Shown here: one piece after another, positions 8,108 to 15,400 of the stretch
How the letters are laid out: each line of letters opens with the position of its first letter
How positions within the stretch are numbered: the first letter of the stretch is position 1
Source: Pseudomonadota bacterium
GTDB lineage: Bacteria > Bdellovibrionota > FAC87 > UBA2466
Direction of reading: 5' to 3'
Assembly (NCBI GenBank): GCA_043767805.1
Contig: JAYUGC010000023.1
Span: 1-17,262, forward strand
Length of the DNA: 17,262 bases
The notes under the pieces: model-generated
Databases searched by the model: none
Seen by the model: only the letters and a program-made list of their open reading frames with translations
What the model was told of the DNA's origin: nothing
Made by a program: the position numbers and the translations under genes

Positions 8108-9151
8108 ATGTCCATCTTGTCCGACTTCCGCGAAGTCACCCAGGAAAAGCTCATCCCGCTGCAGGTGACCCTCGAGCTCACTTACCGGTGCAACGAGCGT
8201 TGCGGGCATTGTTATCTCGCGACTTATGACGACCGCGCGGACGGACGCCCCACGTTGACGCTTTCCGAATGGCAAAGAATTTTAGACGAGCTGGCTTTGG
8301 CCAAGACCCTTTATCTCATCCTCATCGGCGGCGAGGCCATGATGCACCCTCAGTTCTGGGGCATCGCCGAGTACGGGGCCAAGCGAAACTTCGTTTTGAG
8401 TCTCATCACCAACGGCCTCTTAGTCGACGAGCGCGCGGCCGATCGCTTTAGCGATCTCAATTTTTATCAAGTGACGGTCAGCTTCTATTCCCTCGATCCC
8501 GCGATCCACGATCGCATGACCCGCCGAGTGGGCTCGCACGCGGCGACTCAGGCCGCCATCAAGCGGCTTCAGAAAAAGGGCGTCGGCGTCGGTTTGAACT
8601 GTTTACTCACCCGGGAAAATATCGAAGGCTGCTTCGAGCTCGAAGCCTGGGCTAAAGCGAATGGTCTCGTCATTCAGTTCGATCCCATGGTCACGCCAAA
8701 GTCAGACGCCTCGCTCGCCTCGACGGTAACGCGCGCCTCGCGCGCACAGCTGACAACGTATTTCACCACTTTGAAGCAGCTCGGCCGAGGGCACGGCCCG
8801 CAGCCCAAGGCGGAAGCAGTGGATCCCGTGTGCAATGCCGGCCGCGGCAAATGCGCCGTGAACCCTTACGGAGATTTACTCACCTGCCTCGAAGTCAGAG
8901 AGGCCATTGGGAACTTGCGCGAGAAATCTTTCGCCGATTTATGGCACTCCCCTAAAGCGCAAGAGTTGCGCGGCTACCGCGTCCGCGATTTGAAGTTCGA
9001 CTCGTCTTGCGGCGACGGCGCCTTCTGCGATCACTGTCCCGGCATGGCGGGCGCCGAGGTGGGAGACCGTATGGCGCCGATTCCCTTCCTCATGGAACTT
9101 GCCCAAATCAAGCGCCAGGTTTTCGAGTCCGACTCGCCGGGCCAGCCATAG
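8108..9151 (+). CDS. Radical SAM/SPASM-domain peptide maturase, 347 aa
   Basis: AGGAG RBS and ATG 8108. Radical SAM motifs: LELTYRCNERCGHCY (CxxxCxxC), GGEA, ITNG, HDRMTR..GS. SPASM-like tail: CNAG...NPYGDLLTC...IGNL...LW...C-x5-C-x2-CPG. Confidence 0.93.
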   Translation: MSILSDFREVTQEKLIPLQVTLELTYRCNERCGHCYLATYDDRADGRPTLTLSEWQRILDELALAKTLYLILIGGEAMMHPQFWGIAEYGAKRNFVLSLITNGLLVDERAADRFSDLNFYQVTVSFYSLDPAIHDRMTRRVGSHAATQAAIKRLQKKGVGVGLNCLLTRENIEGCFELEAWAKANGLVIQFDPMVTPKSDASLASTVTRASRAQLTTYFTTLKQLGRGHGPQPKAEAVDPVCNAGRGKCAVNPYGDLLTCLEVREAIGNLREKSFADLWHSPKAQELRGYRVRDLKFDSSCGDGAFCDHCPGMAGAEVGDRMAPIPFLMELAQIKRQVFESDSPGQP

Positions 9152-9316
9152 CTCCCGCCGAGTGTTCGAAAGTTAGCTGACCCCCCGCCCAATCTTTTTC
9201 CACTCCCTAGCCTAACCCCTTGGATCAGCGGCGGTTTCAAATTGTCGGGGGATCTTCATCCTTAAGCGCTACGCATGGAGTTAAACTAGGATCATGAAGT
9301 AATTCACGCTTTTTTA

Positions 9317-9368
9317 GATTTCAGGACCATCGCCTGCCTTCCGAGAGGATTAGGTATGGTCCCGAATC
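9317..9368 (+). other. Predicted long stem-loop upstream of the giant gene
   Basis: GGACCAT (9324-9330) pairs with ATGGTCC (9356-9362). Outer extension GATTTC/GAATC; inner stems GCCTG/TAGGT and CCT/AGG. Confidence 0.45.
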
Positions 9369-9404
9369 ATTTGTGGGACGTCTGTTGCAGAGGAACGTTT
9401 AGCG

Positions 9405-12400
9405 ATGAATTTCGTTCGGCAAACATTTTCGCGCGCGCCCCTGTTTTTGATCGCGGCGATCCTGTTCTCCGCGCAGACGGCTTTTGCCGCGTGCACGACC
9501 GGCACGAACGCGTGTTGCCTTGCGGGCGGTGGTACGGGCGATAGCTCCGCCACTCGTCGCACCTGGCAGCCTACCTCCGGCACCGTGACCTGGATCGATA
9601 CCGCCAACTGGGCCACGGCGAACATTCCCGACACGAGTGTCGAAGAAGCTTACATTCAATCGGACTGGCAAATTCCCGCGTGGCCGAACACCAGCTATTC
9701 GCTCGCTTGCGTTCAGGTGCCTTCGGGCGCCTTTACCGCGACTCCGGCGGCGGTCTCGGTCACCATGGCCAATACGAGCGCGGCCGTCACCATGTCTGCC
9801 CCGACGGCGACCGTGACCATGGCCGCCCCAACGGCAACCATCACGGGCAACACGCCTTCACTCAATGTGACGTTTCAGGCCGGATCCGCGATTACTTTTA
9901 CCATCCCGAGCGCCACCATCACCATGACGAGCGCAAACCCGGGCGTCGTGACCTGGACGGCACACGGAATGGTATCGGCCGATACCCCCGTTCAGTTCAC
10001 CACCACAGGGGCGCTCCCGACAGCGATCGCCCAAAACACCACGTATTACGTCAGAAATATCGCTGTTAATACTTTCCGATTGGCTTCAACACCGGCCGGC
10101 GCCGCCATGAGTACCCTTGCGGGAACTCAGTCTGGCATCCATACCGGCCGTCAAGCTCTGCAAATCAATTGGACCGGCCATGGTTTGGCGGCGAGCGATC
10201 CCGTGGTATTTACCAACACCGGTGGCGCTCTTCCTACAGGCCTCACCGCGGGGACAACCTATTACGTGGCCTCCCTTCCCGCGTTGACCGCGAATACCTT
10301 TTCAGTTTCCGCGACGGCGGGCGGTGTTGCTATCGTTTCCACTTCGACGGGCTCAGGCACTCAAAAGGGTTTTAAGAGGGAAGTGGTCACTTGGACCTCT
10401 CATGGGCTCGCGGCAAACGACCCGGTCGTCTTTACGAACTCGGGCGGTGCGCTCCCCACCGGAATTACGGCCGGCACCACCTATTACGTGGCGGCCACTC
10501 CCGCCCCGACAGTCAATACGTTTGCCATCTCGGCGACGGCGGGGGGCACGGCCATCTTTGCGACATCGGACGGGACAGGAACTCATACCGGGTCGAAAAC
10601 GCTCATCTGGACATGGACGGCGCACGGGCTTCTCGCCGGCGCGCCCGTAAGCTTTACGAACTCGGGTGGCGCTCTGCCTGCTCCGCTCGTCTCCGGAACC
10701 ACTTATTACGTGGCCGCCTCCCCGGCGCCTGCAGCCAATACTTTCTCGGTGGCAACCACGGTGAACGGCACGGCCATCATGGGAACTTCGGCCGGCACCG
10801 GAACGCATACCGGACGAAAGCCCTCTTTGGTCACGTGGACCGCTCACGGTCTGTCTGCGGGATTCACGGTTAGCTTCACGAACTCAGGCGGCGCTTTACC
10901 CACGCCGTTCGTGGCCAGCACGGTTTATTACGTTGCCGCCGTCCCGGCTCCCACCGCGAATACTTTTTATGTGACTGCCACCGCGGGCGGTGAAGCCATC
11001 ATCAACACCGTGGCCGGCTCCGGAACTCATACTGGCAATAAGACTACGACGATTACTTGGACCGCTCATGGCCTTGCCGCTGGAACTCCGGTGAAATTCA
11101 CGAACTCGGGCGGCGCTCTGCCTTCTCCCTTGGTCGCGGGGACCATATATTACATCGCGAGCACTCCTGCGCCGGCAGCCAACACCTTCTCTGTGGCGGC
11201 GACTGCCGGTGGCGACGCCATCATCAACACCTCGGCGGGCTCCGGAACTCATACGGGGTACAAACCGACCACCGTGACCTGGACGGCGCATGGACTCACG
11301 GCCGGAGCCCCCGTGAGATTTGCGGGAACAATGCCGACGGGTCTTACTGCCGCCACCATTTATTACGTTGCCGCCCTCCCCGCCCCCGCGGCGAACACCT
11401 TTTCGATAGCAGCGACGAACGGGGGCGTCGCTCTTTTTAGCACTGGCACCGGTGCCACGATTACCAACGACGCTTTCTTCTTGAGCGTTGCCTCCGAGTA
11501 TTTCGAGAATCTCAACGCGGGCTCGCTCACCACGAACGCGAACTTTTTCATTCGCATGAACGGCGCCTACGCGCAGAAGTTCAACAACGTAGACCCCATC
11601 AACAACCTCATCATCTCGAACGGCACCACCGTCACCATGCCGAGCAATTTTACGATTAGCTCGAGTATGGTCATCGATTCGGGCGCGGGCACCACTCTGA
11701 TCGATGGCGGACTGACCCTAAGCTATACCGGCACCGCTTTAACCATTCCCGCGAGTGCCACGGTCGAAGTGGGCAGTGGCGCTACCTTCACGGCTATGGG
11801 CGGAATCATCGTCAACGGCGTTTTGAAAATCGACGCCGGCGCCCGTGTCCTCATCGGCAACGGCAAAACCCTGCAAGTCAATGCGGGCGGCCTTCTCCAA
11901 ATGATCGGAACTTCGGGTAACGTCGCCACCCTCGATGCCGCCCAAGGCGGATCGACTTACGCCCTGAACGTGGCCGGTTCGATCAACGCCAACTATTTCT
12001 CCATCAGCCGCACTACGGCCAGTGGTTTGAATATCACCACGGGTGGCTCCGACTCGATTCAAACCCTTTCGAACGGTGATTTTCACTACCCGGCCACTGG
12101 CGGCGCGGCGATTACGCTCAATACCGCCAAGAATTTACCAAGCCCCGATCCGAGCGGCCTAGGCTTCTTCGACGAGTTTGCCTACGGCAACACGAAGAAC
12201 ATAGACGCCACGAGCTATACGGGAACCGCTGTCACCATCAATAGCTACTCGGGCCTAGGCGGAGTGGCGAACGAAGTCGATCCAGGAAGTAAGATCGCCT
12301 GGGGAACGACCGCGGCCTTAGCCCTTCAGGTCACTAATCGTACCGCCTCGGGCGCTCCCGCCTCTACTATCGCAAAGGGTGCGGCAGCTACGCTCTTCGC

Positions 12401-15400
12401 CACCTACGGATTCGCCCTGAATGGAACTGGCACCAGTACCGACCTGACTTCCCTCACGCTCACTTTGGATGGCGTCAACGTCGCCTCCGACGTGAATTAC
12501 ATACAGGTCTTCAACGACACTTCGGCGAACTGCGCCTATAACTCCGGCGTCGATACGCAAATCGGTAGCAACTTGACGATGACGGGCAGCCCGCCCACCG
12601 CGACCCTCACGATTCCGGCGAGCACCCTCTCTCTCTCAAATACGACGCAAAAGTGTTTGCACGTATTGCTGTCGACCAACTCGAACGCGCGCACCGGCGA
12701 TACGCTCCAGATGACTATTTCTGGAACCGCGGACGTCAGCAATAGCCAAGCGTATAGTTTTTCGAACTCGGGGGGCCCTCCGATCTCGGGCACCGTCTCC
12801 ACCATCACGGGTACCGCGGTCAAGAAGTGGAACGGCGGCAACGGTGCCATTGGCGCCTCACAAAACTGGAACGCCAACGGAGGCGACTGGACGCCCACCA
12901 CCGCGCCGGTCTCGACGGACGATTGTCAGATCGGTCCCGCACACTCGTACCCGGCAGTGAATGGCAACTACACTTGTACAAACGTGACGCTCCCGACGAA
13001 TGGGCGCATGAACTGGGCGAGTACCGCCAATACCCTCACCGTTCTGGGTGCCTTGTCCATCGGCTCGACCTACACTTTCTTGAACGCGACGACTGGCAAC
13101 ATCACCATGGGTGCGACGACCGCCTGGCAGGCCATCGACGCCGCCACCGCGATCCCCGGAAACCTAATCATCAACAATACCTACAACACCGACGGGCTGG
13201 TGGCGATTAACACCGACCTTACCGTGAACGGAAACCTGACCCTCACGCGCGGTATCCTCACGGTAACTACCGGACATACGCTTACCGTACTCGGCACCAT
13301 TACCGTGAACGGCGGTACCCTCGACATCGACCCGGGCGGCACACTCAACCTCGGCGACGGCCGTACGATGACCATTAATACCGGCGGTACTCTCAACATA
13401 GTGGGTGACGCGACTCAATCAGCGAGGTTTACCTGCAACGGCACGGCCACCGGGTGCGCGATTTCCGTCGCCGGCACCGGCACCATCGCCGCTCGCTACT
13501 ATTCCATGAGCCGCATGGCGGTTGCCGGCCTTACGATTGCCTCGACCGCGAGCATCGATGCCACGAACCATCTGCAAGACGGCTCGTTTACCTATCCCAT
13601 CGGTGCGAGCCCGATCCTGCTGACGTTGAATCGTCAGGTCCCGACCAATGCCTTGGCCAACATGACGTTCGACACGGCTAGCTCGGCGGCCACCAGCCCT
13701 AAGTCCATTCTCACCAGTACGTCGGCGGGGACGCTTACCATTTCCGCTTACAGCGGCGATCTCACGAACTGCTGCACGACGGCGCCGACCTACCTGGTTT
13801 CCTGGACAGCCCCCACGACGACTTTGAAGCTGACTCTCGAGGCTTCCGCTCCCGGCGCAGTCAACCAGGGTGCCACGGGCGTGACTCTTGCCCGCTTCGG
13901 CCTGCAACAGACTCAAGCCGGCGCCTACAGCGATACCGACGTCACCTCGATGAAGGTGACGATGCAGGGCAGTCAGAACTCGGGCGATATTTCCGCGGTT
14001 CGGCTTTACTACGACTCCGCTTGCAGCGGAAGCGGCGGCGTTCAAGTGGGCAGTACGCTAACCTTCTCGGGTAGCCCGCCGACTGCCAACTTCACGAGTC
14101 TGACCTCGGCGACCGTCCAGTATAGTTTGACCTCTCCGCCGAAGCGCTGTTTCTACGTGCAGGCGGACGTCGCCTCCGCGGCGACCGTGGCCAATACCAT
14201 TGGCGTCAGCATTCAATCGAACGCGGATGTCGTTAACAGCATCGGTTATTCGTTCAACGGCTCTTATGCACCGCCCCTCGCGGCCGGAACGTCAGTCATC
14301 AGCGGTAATTCCATCACCTGGACGGGCGCGACGAACACGGACTGGAATACGACCTCTAACTGGAACTTGGCCCGCGTCCCGTTGACGACTGACAACTGCA
14401 TTATCAACTCGGTCACCAACAACCCGGTCATCAGCGCGGCGACCGCCAACTGCAAGTCCCTCACCATCGGTAACGGCACGCTCACGATCAATACGGGCCA
14501 AACCGTGGAGGTGTACGGTTCGTTCACCAACACCGGCACTCTGACGTTGACCGGCACGGCCTCGGTCACCATTCGGGACAACGGCTCAACAACGACCAAC
14601 CAGACGCTGCAAAGTTCTTCCCCTCTGACTAAAGTGGTCTTCAACAAGACGGCCGGCGGTTACGTCTACATCGGTAACCAAACCCTCACCATTGACCCAC
14701 TTACCATCCCGGCGAGTCAGAACTTCACATTCGACGTGCGTAACGGGAATACACTCACGCTTCCCTCGGGCGCTACCGTTACCTCCGCCACGTTCCAGGC
14801 GGACGACGCGGCGCTGGTAAAAATAGGTAACGCACAGACTTTCCTCGTAAACGGCGGTACCCTTTACTCGAACGGCGTGAACGACGGCTATCCCCAGCTC
14901 ACCACGAACAAATCCAAGTTCACGGTAAACGGCTCCGGAACCTGGTCCCTTACCGCCACGAGCGGCACCATCAACATGACCGGATTCCTTTTGGATTATC
15001 TGGACACGAACGGTTTTCAAATCAACGGAACGACCGGTGTCACGAACTTCAACGGCGGCCAGTTCACTAACTTGTCGAACACCTACGCGAGCGTGAAGGC
15101 TCTCCAAGTCAATACGAGCGGCAGCTTCCCCGCCTCGGGAGCGTTCGACTACATCGGCTTCAACTGGGGCGCGAACAATACGCCTCCCGGACCCGCGGCC
15201 GCCTACCTACTTGCGAGCTCCACGGGGTGCTCGAGCCGAACGCTCAATCTCACAAACTGGTTCGGCGACTTCTTCTACGCCGTGGACATGCCGGTCCCGT
15301 CGACTAAGATTTCGAACACGAGCTGTAACATTACGATGACGGCGGCTGCTTCCGCCGTCACTCTGACCCAGTTCAAGGTCACGCCGTATAACGCGAAGGT

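Larger units (their letters stand above)
9564..15345 (+). repeat. Three ~500-aa beta-helix-like modules separated by two Ig-like domains
   Basis: Module heads W...W...(N/D)W...P at 9564, 12828 and 14319. Two homologous Ig-like segments (~12310-12815 and ~13810-14310) share TD(L/V)TS, SGD/ASD, Q(I/V)GS, GSPPTA, a Cys pair and ADVxNSxxYSF. Confidence 0.7.

Noticed and set aside
60..8451. Alternative-frame ORFs such as 283..819 +, 1854..2591 +, 5463..5969 +, 6707..7036 -
   Set aside because: They overlap well-supported genes, many are Arg/Pro-rich, and they lack domain motifs.
7840..9151. PQQ biosynthesis genes pqqD/pqqE
   Set aside because: No pqqA (ExxxY core), pqqB or pqqC nearby. The context fits a different RRE-dependent pathway, so no gene symbols were assigned.
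9945..11470. CRISPR array or non-coding tandem repeat
   Set aside because: The period is 222 nt, in frame, and varies at synonymous positions. There are no identical repeats with unique spacers and no cas genes.
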